A stretch of DNA of 64,000 bases from Octopus sinensis (lineage: Eukaryota). The stretch is taken from the NCBI RefSeq assembly GCF_006345805.1, contig NC_042998.1, positions 178,932,001-178,996,000 on the forward strand. Reading direction: 5' to 3'. Within the stretch, counting starts at the first letter, position 1, and each line of letters opens with the position of its first letter. Below, one piece after another: positions 13,612-25,876 of the stretch. The notes under the pieces were generated by a model that saw nothing but the letters and a program-made list of their open reading frames with translations, had not been told where the DNA came from and made no database searches. The position numbers and the translations under genes were made by a program.

Positions 13612-13708
13612 TGCAATAACGTGCTTCTGAGCAGGTTCAAGGAGAACAACTCCCGACTTCCGGTTTTCTATCCATGTCGCTTCCTGTCGGTGGCTTGTTA
13701 GCAGCGCA
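13612..13708. promoter_or_regulatory. Putative compact bidirectional promoter / 5' UTR region shared by MRPL35 and IMMT
   Basis: 97 bp between divergent ATGs; locally GC/CpG-richer than the flanks; ACTTCCGG (13656-13663) and GCTTCCTGT (13679-13687) are ETS-type motifs. TSSs cannot be located from sequence. Confidence 0.7.
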
Positions 13709-13747
13709 ATGTGGAAATCAAGTCGGGGTGTTTCAGCAAGATTAAGG
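13709..13747 (+). CDS. IMMT: IMMT exon 1 (MWKSSRGVSARLR)
   Basis: ATG-initiated R/S-rich presequence start; donor AGG|GTAGGA in phase 0, as exon 2 requires (exon 2 has no ATG). Confidence 0.8.
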
Positions 13748-16700
13748 GTAGGAATTTCCACTGAACTTTCATTTTAAAGGAATTATTATTGATTCCCAAA
13801 TACATTTACAATACTACATACTTTGTCATTCTACGCTATCTCTTCATTTACTTTACTTTTCCCTTCACGTAATTCGACCTTCATACCCTCATTCCTTATC
13901 ACCTTTCTGTGATCTTTCTTCATTGTAATATATTTTTATGTACTTTAACTATCTTTGCTTGCAATATTATTAAAAATTTAGATTAATTCAGACCTGAGCT
14001 CTTTTTAAAAAAAATTTCCTTTTTTGGCAGCAGTTAATTAAATAAATTATTAATTGACTTTTACTTTCTGACTATACTATTTTAGTCAATCGACTATATT
14101 TGTAATGATTACTTCGATAACAAATTATTTAGTTGCTATTCAAGAAAATCTTTGACATTTTACAGAACTTTAACTCATATAAAATAAATGTTAAGACTAT
14201 ATAAAACTATTTTCATTTTAACTTTGAAAATAGAATACAAGTTCACCGACCAATTGTTGCAAGGTGAAGCTTATGGGTAATAGATTTTGCCCCGTTTTAT
14301 TAACGAAAAAAAAATGTTATAAAATCACATTAAGAACAAGACACGTTTATAAAAACAAAATTATAAAATATAAATATAAGTTTTTATATTCAACTGTTAC
14401 AATTTTATATTCACCGACTCCCCCCAAAATCATACGTTTGTAAAAGCATGATGTTAAATATTTAAAAGCATGATGTTAAATATATTAACCATTTAATAAA
14501 TAAATTCCATTAAAAATATTTAATAAATAGATCCCGTTAAAAATAAATCTATATAAAGGACATCAACCCTTGTCTCTTGCATGGCAAAATTCCCTTTCCT
14601 TGTTTGGTCTATGACAACTGTGATTATTTATTTATTTCCAATACATTAATGGGCTGTCTTCGGTAAGCATTTGCATATTTGTACTCTTACTCGTGGTATC
14701 CAAGATATATATTCCTTCCTCCCACCCCGAAATGTTTTGGTTTCGTTAATAGTCCTGCTGGTATATGTAGTGAAAACCAAAGACCGCCTAATAATGAGAT
14801 TATGGTAAGGGGCTCACGTGTACTTTTAAAGGCTGTAGATTTGGTTGGTGTTTTTAGTAGGTCGATCGCGTTTTCCTGGTTGTTTTCTGGAAATGAATTT
14901 ATATAATCCGGTGATTGAATTGACCTTAGTATTTTACTAGTATGAATTCATGACATTCCTGATATGATGTACTACTAGTTGTTAGAAACCACGCCTAAGA
15001 TAATAGTTTCTAACATAGGCACAGAGCCAAAAGTATATTGAGAGGAGGGTGTTAGTCGTTTAACTCGAACCCGTTATTTGAGTGGTACTTCCCTTTATTT
15101 CCCCTGGAAAGATGAAAGGCTAAGTTGACCTTGGCAAAGTTTGAACTCAGAACGTAAATAGCCAAAACAACTACCACCAAGCATTTTGTCTAAAGCTCTT
15201 ACGGCTTTGTCTATTCTCCACAAACCTTATAATGTCCCAAATTAGGACATACCGTTTAACATACTGAAGTACAAAATTGAAATATTGTTTGATATAACAA
15301 GGCGTTTTCACCTCTCTGTATCAGTCGTCATCGTTTAACGTCCGTCTTCCATGCTGGCATGGGTTGGACAGTTTTACAGGGGCTGGGCAAGCAGGAACCT
15401 GCACCAGACTTCTGTGCCTGTTTTGACACGGTTTTTATAGCTGGATACCCTTCGTAACACCAACCCACCCAGCAGAGTGGACAGAGTTCTTTTTACATGG
15501 TGCAAGCAGTAAAATGCCATCTCTGTTTATAGACTGGCTAGTAAAAGTGTAAGATTTATCAGTTTTGGCATTATTGTTTAAGCCATATCATGTCAAGACC
15601 AGGTTGCCCTGTTTCAGTAGTTTAACCATTTAGCATTTCAATTACTCTGTCAAATGTAATGCTTAAATATTCACATAGTTTTGGATTAATCATGCATTAT
15701 CTCATTAGTTTCATGATTTCTATGATGTGATTGTTTATTTTTAGAATGACATTTTGAGTAGGTATAAGAGGCTGGATCTGGCCAGCATGAACATAAAATG
15801 AGTAGAATATTGGGGCCCAATATGACTGGTTAAATGCTGGAGGGTTATTTTAATTATAGATTCTTATCCCACATCGGAAAAGGAGATTGTTGGCACAAGG
15901 AAATGATTTAAAATAGAATACAAATGGGTGAAATTTCTTTTATAAAACCTCTTGAGGACAAGATAAACAAAAGCATATCTCTACTGTAAGCTATAGTTGT
16001 TCCCTAAAGTTGGTAGTTACTCTGGATTTCATAATATTAAATGGTTGATTGATATATATCTCTCTGATTAGGATCTTAGATGCTGAAATATAGATTTGTA
16101 ACCATTTAAACTAAGGCATTTTGAATGAAGTGTCTTCTGCAGTGAATACGAAATCCTTATCCATGACTGTTTTGTCTCAGATGTACCAGTATTGATAACA
16201 AAAATTAGAATCCGAGGAAGAAAAAAAAAAGCACCAGTAAAAAAAAAAACAATTTTGTAAAATTAGTTTGCATGCTGTGAAATAAAGTGAGTTTATGGCC
16301 CAATGAAGGCCATAAAAGTTTGCTTATAGTCACAAAGTTATAATTTTTTTGCCATAGTCAGCAGCATAGCATTTATTCTAAGTGGCTTTGTTCAGAGACA
16401 GAGGTTTTTAAGTATTGATATTTTTTTATTTCAGTATGTCTTAATTGTGTTGTTGCTGTTGCTTGGTTATTAAAATCTGCAAGAACAGTGATAGGAATGC
16501 GTCTTCAGTTGTACAGGGCTCGTCCAGCAAAGACTGCATCGGAATAAGATCTTTTACTTGTTTCAGTCGTAGGACTGTGGCCTTGTGGGTCATAAACTCA
16601 AAGAGTTTAGTTGAACAAATTGATCCCAGTCCTTATTTTTTAAGTCTGGTACCTATTCTTTTGTCTTTTTTGCGTAACTGCTAAGTTAGAGGTATGTAAA

Positions 16701-19700
16701 CAAACCAACGCCGCTTGTCAAGCATTGGTGGGTGAGTGGCAAGCACACACACACACATACATGTATGAAGATCATATAGTTATATATTTTTCATCATCAT
16801 CATCATCACTATTTAACGTCCGCTTTCCATGGTAGCATGGGTTGGACGATTTTGACTGAGGGCTGGTGAACCAGATGGCTGCACCAGGATCCAATCTTGA
16901 TTTGGGATAGTTTCTACAACTGGATGCCCTTCCTAACGCCAACCACTCCGAGAGTGTAGTGGGTGCTTTTTACATGCCACCAGCACATGGGGCAGTCAAG
17001 CGGTACTGGCAACGACCTAGCTCGAATCCTTTTACTCATGCCCCCAGCACAGGTGCCAGTAAGGCGACATCTACCAAATTCACTCACTAAGTCCAGGACT
17101 ATAATAGAAGATAATTGCCCAGGGTGCTGTATAGTGGGACTGAACCTGAAACCATGCCGTCATCTATATATCTTTAGAATATTGAGAATTTTTGACTTAC
17201 AAACCTTTTCTGCATTGGTATGTCATGAAAGTTTGGAGAATCTTATATGTTTTTGTTACATGGACAAGTTTCGTATTTCTGTTTCATAACTTAAAACCAT
17301 GAGCACTTGTTTTTGTAAATTTTTGAATTTGATACAGTTTAACTTCTGGCCTTTGTAGGAATAACTGCATCTATTTATTAGCATGCTTTTTTCTGCTAGA
17401 AACACAGAAAAAAAATGCTAATTTTTCAAAAATGTTTATACCTTTCATTGTCCATTTGAAATTCAATTTTTTATCAGTTTCTTCATCTGTTTGTATTTCA
17501 TATAACGTTTGTAGTATTCATTACTTAGCCAAATCTTTCATCTTATAGTAGGAAGTCTCTTTTATTTTTGTGTTATTTAAATTTCAGCGCTGTTGTGTTG
17601 CTAAGTACCAGCAGGCCTTAATACACTCAAGAAGAAAGCTGTCAACACAAGCTCCAGGTTCTGGATCCGCTTTGAAGTGAGTTCAGATTTCATCCTTTAA
17701 AATGGAATATTTTCAAATCAGTCATAATATAGTAATTATGTGCTGTATATTGAACTGTAATTAGTTTGAATATTTAAGTAGTTTTCTTCACAACCATATA
17801 GTTGGTAGAAACAAAATCTATGGCAGCCTGTGTGTGTGTGTGTTTTTGCATCTGTGTTGAAGAGAATAATGTTATAGCTTGCAACTAAACTACTCTCAGC
17901 TATATTTCTCTGTTAAGTAATAAATATATGAATAACATACTATAAATATTAGAGTAAATTCATTCAAGACTCATAAAGCATCAATCTTTTCCTTTTAATT
18001 CCATGTGTTTGATGTCTCACTTCACTACCATCTATTAATTTTATTCTGTCTTATTCTTTAAACTTTAGATATTTAAATCTTTCTGAAACTTCTTCCTCAC
18101 GTACACTTCTAACTTTTGACTTGTAATAATTCAGTCTGATTATCAACCACCACCTGTGCTGGTGGCACGTAAAAAGCACCCACTACACTCACGGAGTGGT
18201 TGGTGTTAGGAAGGGCATCCGGCTGTAGAAACACTGCCAGATCAGACTGGAGACTGGTGCAGCCTCCTGGCTTCCCAGACCCCGGTCAAACCGTCCGTTA
18301 AACGATGATGATGATTAACTTTACTCATTTGCCATATATTCTAGTCTTTGACCAACCAGGTGAAGCCTCAGAAAATAATTTATCAATAGATGACAAATTC
18401 TGGCATGGTTAACTTTGTATATATTTGAAGGCCAACTTCTAATCAATCCGTCCTAGCTGAGATGTTTGTAAAACGCTGTAACTTCAAGTTATATTATTTT
18501 TTATTTATTTATCTACCAAAATTACTGTGCCATTTATTGTTAATTTTACATGAAGTTTCAGAGGTTTAAATTACTTTTTAAATAAAACCCTATCATTTTG
18601 CTTACCATAACACTTGTTTTTATTTCTTTTTACAGACTTGGTAAATGGATCTTAGGGACTGGCTTAACAGGTTTCACTGGTGTCGTTGGTTATGCTTGGT
18701 ATGATCCTTCGGTGAAGAATGCTATTGAACAAAACATTCCCTATTCCAAAGAGGCCTTGAAACCAATCTTTGATGTGTTGCCTGAAAAAGTTACTCTTCC
18801 TACACTGCCTCCCCATATAAAGCAGTAGTGTGTATACTTATTGTTTCTTCTCCATTCTTTATTTTTTTGTTTATTAAATCTTTGTTTTTAATTAGTGTTA
18901 TGTAATTGAGTACTGCATTGTTATTTTTGAATTGTGGTGAAACTATCAACTAAAATTTATGTTAAAAAATGTTCATAATTTCTGTAAATGTAATAAAAAT
19001 TTGGTAATATTTGTTCACTTGTTTGTTGTTGTTGTTAGCTTGAGCTCTAGAGCAGTAATTCAACTAATTTATATCTACTGGCAACGAAAAGAAAAAATGT
19101 CTCATAAAAATGCTATTTAACTCTAGAGTCATTAGAATTGATGAGATGTAAATTTCTCTTAAGATAGGACGTCAATGTCTTTCAGATTTTCAAAATTGAT
19201 GGGTGAACTAAGTGCCCTGTCCAGTACTATCAATATATATTTTATTATGGTTACAGCTTTGTTCATCTTCATATCTGAATTTTTTAGTTTGCCATGGTCA
19301 ACAACAGAAGAACCGGCACCACAAGAAGCCCCAAAACCTGTGAAAAAGGTAAGGGTTTACTTATATTATTTTGTTTTTGTTTATCATTTTGCAGGCACCC
19401 TTAAAGTATCAAGAATGCAACATCTAGCTGTAGATAGCTCTTGAATTACAGTATTTACAAAATAAAGTGTTTCTTGTCCTGTTATTTTCAGAAGTGTTTA
19501 GTTAACTGCAAAGCAATTATGTATTCAGTGCTTTGGATCATTGTTTAGTGTCAAATCAGGTTTCTTTTTCTTTTTATGAGTAACCCTCTACAGCTTCCAA
19601 AAGCCAGTGTCAAATTATTGCTGTCAAATTAAGCTGATGTTTTGTTACCATCTTTGGTAGAGTTAATAACAGATACTTCAAGAACTCTCAGTTGTCACCA

Positions 19701-20502
19701 TGAGAAATATTTTTATTTGTATCATCATTATTTAATGTCCATTTTTCCATGCTTGAGTGAATCAGACAGAATTTGTTGAGGCAGGTTTTTGGTGGTTGGT
19801 TGCCCTTCCTGTCACCAACTCTCACTTGTTTCCAAGCAAGGTGATATTTTCCCATAGCTACACATGTTTTTCACAGAAGACTGGAAATGAATAACCTTGC
19901 TTGTATGATAGTCATGCTCATTTACAACCCTCATGTGATATCTAGTCATGGGTACCCACAAACACATACACACATGGTTTCTTTCAGTTTCCATCTACCA
20001 AATCCACTCACAGGCTTTTCTATAATAGAAGACACTTGCTCAAGGTGCTGTGCAGTGGGATTCTTCTCAACCACACAGCTGTCATTGTGTATAGTGCCTA
20101 AACAAACTGAAAATTTTAATAGGTTCATTGAGAACTGAAATGTTGTCTAAGCCTAAATCTTCAAAGACATATAATTGAACAGTGTTTATTATAATCTCTC
20201 ATCCACACTTTTAATAATAGTAAAATGTCATCTGATACTTTAAACATTACCCTTCTTAAGGAATTAAACATTTCATTAGATAACTTGTTTACAGCTCAGA
20301 ATATACTTTTACTTGTTTCAGTCATTTGACTCTGGCCATGATGGAGCACCGCATTTAGTCAAGCAAGTCGACCCCAGGACTTATTTGTAAGCCTGGTACT
20401 TATTCTGTCGGTCTCTTTTGCCGAACCACAATGTTATGGGGACGTAAACACACCAGCATCGGTTGTCAAGCGATGTTGGGGGACATACACACACACATAT
20501 AC

Positions 20503-20558
<56 letters not shown>

Positions 20559-20572
20559 ATATTTATCATAAG

Positions 20573-20604
<32 letters not shown>

Positions 20605-23600
20605 GACGGGCTTCTTTCAGTTTCCGTGTACCAAATCCACTCACAAGGCTTTGGTTGGCCCGAGGCTATAGTAGAAAACACTTGCCCAAGGTGCCACGCA
20701 GTGGGACTGAACCTGGAACCATGTGGTTCGTAAGCAAGCTACTTACCACACAGCCACTCCTACACCTATGTTCAGAACTTTTGCAGAATCACACCAATTC
20801 ATGTTTCCAAATATTTAGAATGGTTTTGGCTGGCTGTGTGGTAAGAAGCTTACTTCTCAGCCACATGTTTCTGTGTCCAGTTCCACTGCATGGCACTTTG
20901 GGCAAGTCATCATCATCATCATCATCCTTCTACTATAACCCTGGTCTGAACATAGTCTTGTGAGTGGATTTGGTAGATGGTAAATTGAAGTAAGCTCATC
21001 ATATATATATGTGTGTGTATGTGTGCATCTCTTTGTATATGTCCCCGTAACTTAGTGGTTTGGCAAACGAGATTGTTAGAATAATTACCAGGCTTTAAAA
21101 AAAAAAGTACTGGGGTCTATTTGACTGAAAAACCCTTCAAGGCAGTGCCCCAGTATGGCCACAGTTCGATGATTGAAACAAGTAAAAGATAAATGTTGAA
21201 GCAGCTCTCCTGCAAAAATAACTGCTTTATATTTATTTATTCATTTAAAGTTCAGTGGAATATATGTTGGTTTTGAACTAGAGGCATTTTTTTCCCCTTC
21301 AGGTCCCTAAATTACCTGATCCTGAAGAAATAAAGAGAAAAGGTAAGTGCATTGATTTATTGATCTTAAGTAACCAATATGTTTAGCAATAGTTTGGAAC
21401 ATTTGGTAGAGCAACTGACAAAGTACCACGTAGTATTTAGTTATGTCTTATTATCTGAGTTCAAATACTGGCAGTTGGCTAACTGTTGTATTCCCAAAAG
21501 GCTGACAATGATTAATCATCATCATCATCATTTAACATCCTTTTTCCATGTTGGCACTTGTTAGATGGTTTGACTTGAGCTGGTAAGCTGGAGAGCCGTA
21601 CCAGGGTCCAGTCCTCTATTTTAGCTTGGTTTCTACAGGTGGGTGCCCTTCCTAATGCCAACCACTCTACACAGTGTACTGGGTGTCTTTTACATGCCAC
21701 CAGCAAGGAGGCCCTTTTATGTGTCACCAGCACTAGCTAAAAGACAGTTTACTTGTAAGCTCCGTGTATTGCTGAAGTATACCTTGGAGGACTTGAAGTC
21801 TTGTGGCTTGACTTAAGAATTCAGGCAAGAATGGGCAAGAATTAGTGCTTTAGCTGACCCTCCCCACATCATCATCATCGTTTAACGTTCGCTTTCCATG
21901 CTAGCATTGGTTGGACGATTTTGACTGAGGGCTGGCAAACTAGATGGCTCCATCAGGCTCCAATCTTGATTTGGCAGAGTTTCTACAGCTGGATGCCCTT
22001 CCTAACGCCATAATATTATTTAATATCTATTAATATTAACAATGAAACTAAATATTATTAGAATAGTAAAGATGTTAATCATTGATATATATTTATCAGT
22101 GTTGTATTCTCATGACTTTCAGAAGCTGCCGAGAAAAAGTTAGCAATGGCTAAAAAGGCCGAAGAAGAAAAGAGATTAGAAGCTGAAAAACTATCAAAGA
22201 AGAAGAAGACAGAGGCAGAAAAACACGAAGAAAAAACTTTGGAAACTGCCAGACAGAAAGCTGAAGTGGAACGTCAGTTGAAGGAGAAACAAGCTGTAGA
22301 GGCTGCAGAAAATGAAGGTACAGTTATTTTTCTCTTCCATATTTTTTTTCCCCGTAGCCGAATTGTTAACAATTACCAGAAACACATAACTATACGACCA
22401 AGGGACATAACTCATGCTATCTACGCTAAAAGCTTAGTGTCTCAGTACATGGTAGAATGAGATAAACCAACCCAATGTATTATAATACATATGCAGTGAT
22501 CGGAACTCAGTCATCATCATCATTTAACGTCCGCTTTCCATGCTAGCATGGGTTGGACGGTTCAACTTGGGTCTGTGAAGCTGGAAGGCTGCATCAGGCC
22601 CAGTCTGATCTGGCAGTGTTTCTACGGCTGGATGCCCTTCCTAACGCCAACCACTCCGTGAGTGTAGTGGGTGCTTTTTACGTGCCACCCGCACAGGAGC
22701 CAGACGGAGCTGGCAAACAGCCACGGACGGATGGTGCTTTTTATGTGCCACCGGCACGGGGGCCAGGCAAGGCTGGCAACGGCCATGATCAGATGGTGCT
22801 TTTTACGTGCCACCGGCACGGGGGCCAGGTGATTATTTTAATTTGATCAGTAATTAATTTACCAAATATTTTCTAGCACTTTAGATAAATTTATTTTACT
22901 GTATCCTTGGGTTGATTAATAAATGTGCGTGCGTGTGTGTGTTTATTTGTGTGTATGGGGGTGTGTGTGGTTCCATAACTACAGATCTGTAAAATAAGTA
23001 TGGGACTTGAATAAGTTCTAGGGTCGATAAGATTGACTAAAACGTTTGAAAGCAGTGCCTCCAGATGTTTGCAGCCTAATAACTAATACCAGTAAAAGAA
23101 TAGATACATACACTTGTATATACATAAACATAAATACATGTACATTAGGTATATACTGTGAATATACACTCCATGTACATACTAGACTTCCCCATCCATG
23201 ATACTGCTTGTATTACTGACAATAATTTACAGCTATCACATGATGTAAAGACAAGGTGACACAAACATATGCATACTCACACACGTACCGTAAATCCTCG
23301 AGTATAATCTGCATTTTTCCCCCAAAATTTAAAGGTCAAAATCCTTAATGCGGTTAACGAGGTTAAAAATGAAAAATATTTTCTAAGCAATGTCCGAGTC
23401 TCTATTTGCTGTCCGGCAATGTTTATTCAGATGCATTTTGTGAAGTCAGGCAGGAAAATACCTTAAGCTAAGCCTGAAAGCAATGAAGTCATAAAAGAAA
23501 CATCCATAACTTGCAGTAAGCAACATTTATTAAACGTTATTACTATTATTTCTTTATTTTCTGCAAACAAAATGCACAAAAAAGCTACACGTTTGCATTA

Positions 23601-25838
23601 TGTTATATATACAATAATAATAAAGGACATTACCGTGTACATTTTTACAAACCAAGGATGTAAAAATGACTTGACTCAAGTTAGAGAAGGTGTGTGTATT
23701 ATACACAAGGTTTAGGTTTTTCAGAGCTACAGCCCCCTAAAGATCCCCTGCGTATTATACTCAAGGATTTACGGTATATACATGTATACATGCTTATGTA
23801 CTGGTGCCATGTAAAAAGCACCTGCGCTGGTGCCTTGTAAAAAGCACCCACTACACTCTGTAAAGTAGTTGGTGTTAGGAAGGGCATCCAACTGTAGAAA
23901 CTAGCCAAAACAGACAATTGGTGCCTGGTGCAGCGGTCTGGCTTGCCAGCTTCTGTCAAAATGTCCAACCCATGTCATTATAGAAGGCAGATGTTAAATG
24001 ATGTTGATCATCATATTCATAGTCGTTTAACGTTCCTTTTCCATGCTCGCATGTGTTGGATGGTTTGACTGAGGACTAGCAAGCCGGGAGGCTGCACCAG
24101 TCTCCAATATGATTTGGCAAGGTTTCTACACATTGATGCCCTTCCTAACACCAACCACTTGGAGAATGTAGTGGGTGCTTTCTATGTGCCACCGGTATGG
24201 GTGCCAGTCAGGCGGCACTGGCACCAGTCACGCTTGAATGGTCTTTTTACATGCTACCGGCATGGGATACTTCTTTCAGTTTCTGCCTACCAAATCCACT
24301 TACTAGGCTTTGGTAAGTTTGGAGCTTTGGTAGAAGACACTTGTGCAATATATATGGATATATACACATGCATACAGCCATATGCACACACACACACACA
24401 CACACACATGTAAGAGAGAACATGATGGAAGTCTGCTTATATCTGACAGACTAATGTCCTACATTTTAGAAAAGTTACAGTAGACGGGTGTATCTCTGTG
24501 TAAATGTTTGAAATATTTGACATTTTTTATTGTATACTCTCTACTCTATTTTAATATTTTTAGTCTATAATTGCTTATATTTTCATCATTATTTTTGGTT
24601 AACATTTGGCCAACCAAAGTCTTGTGAGTGGATTTGGTAGATGGAAGTTGATGATTGTTTGTGTTTCCCTGTTTTGATAGCAGTTGTGAATGTGTGTCAC
24701 TGTTATACAAGCTGTATTTATTTTCAGTATTCTGCACAACATGTCTAGACATGGGGGAAATATTACCTTGCTTAGGAACAGGTGTGGGTTGGCAACAGGA
24801 AGGGCATCTGGCTATAGAAAATTTGTGTAGGCATGGGAAAATGAACACTAAAATGAATTTTTATTCTTTTACTTGTTTCAGTCATTTGACTGTGGCCATG
24901 CTGGAGCACTGCTTTTAGTCGAACAACATGACTCCAGGACTCATTCTTTGTAAGCCTAGGTCTCTTTTGCCAAACCACTAAGTTATGGGGACATGAACAC
25001 ACCAACATCGGTTGTCACGTGATGTTGGGGGAACAACATAGACACATAGGGGTTGATAAAATCAGTACTATTTGGGTACCCCCTCCCCTGAAATTACTGG
25101 CCTTATGCCAAAATTTGAAATCATTATTATTGTTATTATTCAAATTGATAACAGGGCAGCAAGCTGGCAGAATCATTAGCATGCGGGGCAAATGCTTAGC
25201 GATATTTTGTCTGTCACGATGTTCTGAGTTCAAATTCCTCTGAGGTCAACTTTGCTTTTCATTCTTTTGGGATCAATTAAACAAGTATCTATTACGCATT
25301 TAGGTTTGGTGTAATCGACTTAACCCCTTCCCCCAAATTTGAACCCTTGTGCTTCCAGTAGAAAGAATTATTAAGGTTGGTATCTGTGTCTCAGGTAGTA
25401 GAATACAGCACTAAGTACATTACTGTATTTGTTTTAATCTCCCTTAATCTCTATATGATCTCATGTCAAATCATCATAATCTACTTTTTCATGCTTGCAT
25501 GGGTCAGGTGGAGTTTATTGAAATAGATTTTCTATGGCTGAATGCCCTTCCTGTCATCAACCCTAATATCTTCCCATGGCCTGACATGTTTTTACAGAAT
25601 ATGGAAAATGAACGACATCCATTTACATATATATATATATATATATATATACGTGCAGGTGGCACGTAAAAAGCACCTACTACACTCACGGAGTGGTTGG
25701 CGTTAGGAAGGGCATCCAGCTGTAGAAACATTGCCAGATAAGACTGGAGCCTGGTGCAGCCTTCTGGCTTCCCAGATCCCCGGTCGAACCGTCCAACCCA
25801 TGCTAGCATGGAGAACGGACGTTAAACGATGATGATGA

Positions 25839-25876
<38 letters not shown>

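Noticed and set aside
13612-13761. Stop-free in-frame extension upstream of the MRPL35 ATG (ORF 13498..13761)
   Set aside because: No in-frame ATG, it runs antisense through IMMT exon 1, and it would bury the presequence; chance in a GC-richer patch is sufficient.
16435-16530. Exon-like segment after a good acceptor in IMMT intron 1 (MRLQLYRARPAKTASE*)
   Set aside because: No phase-0 GT donor before the stop; abuts a SINE end; not needed for the gene model.
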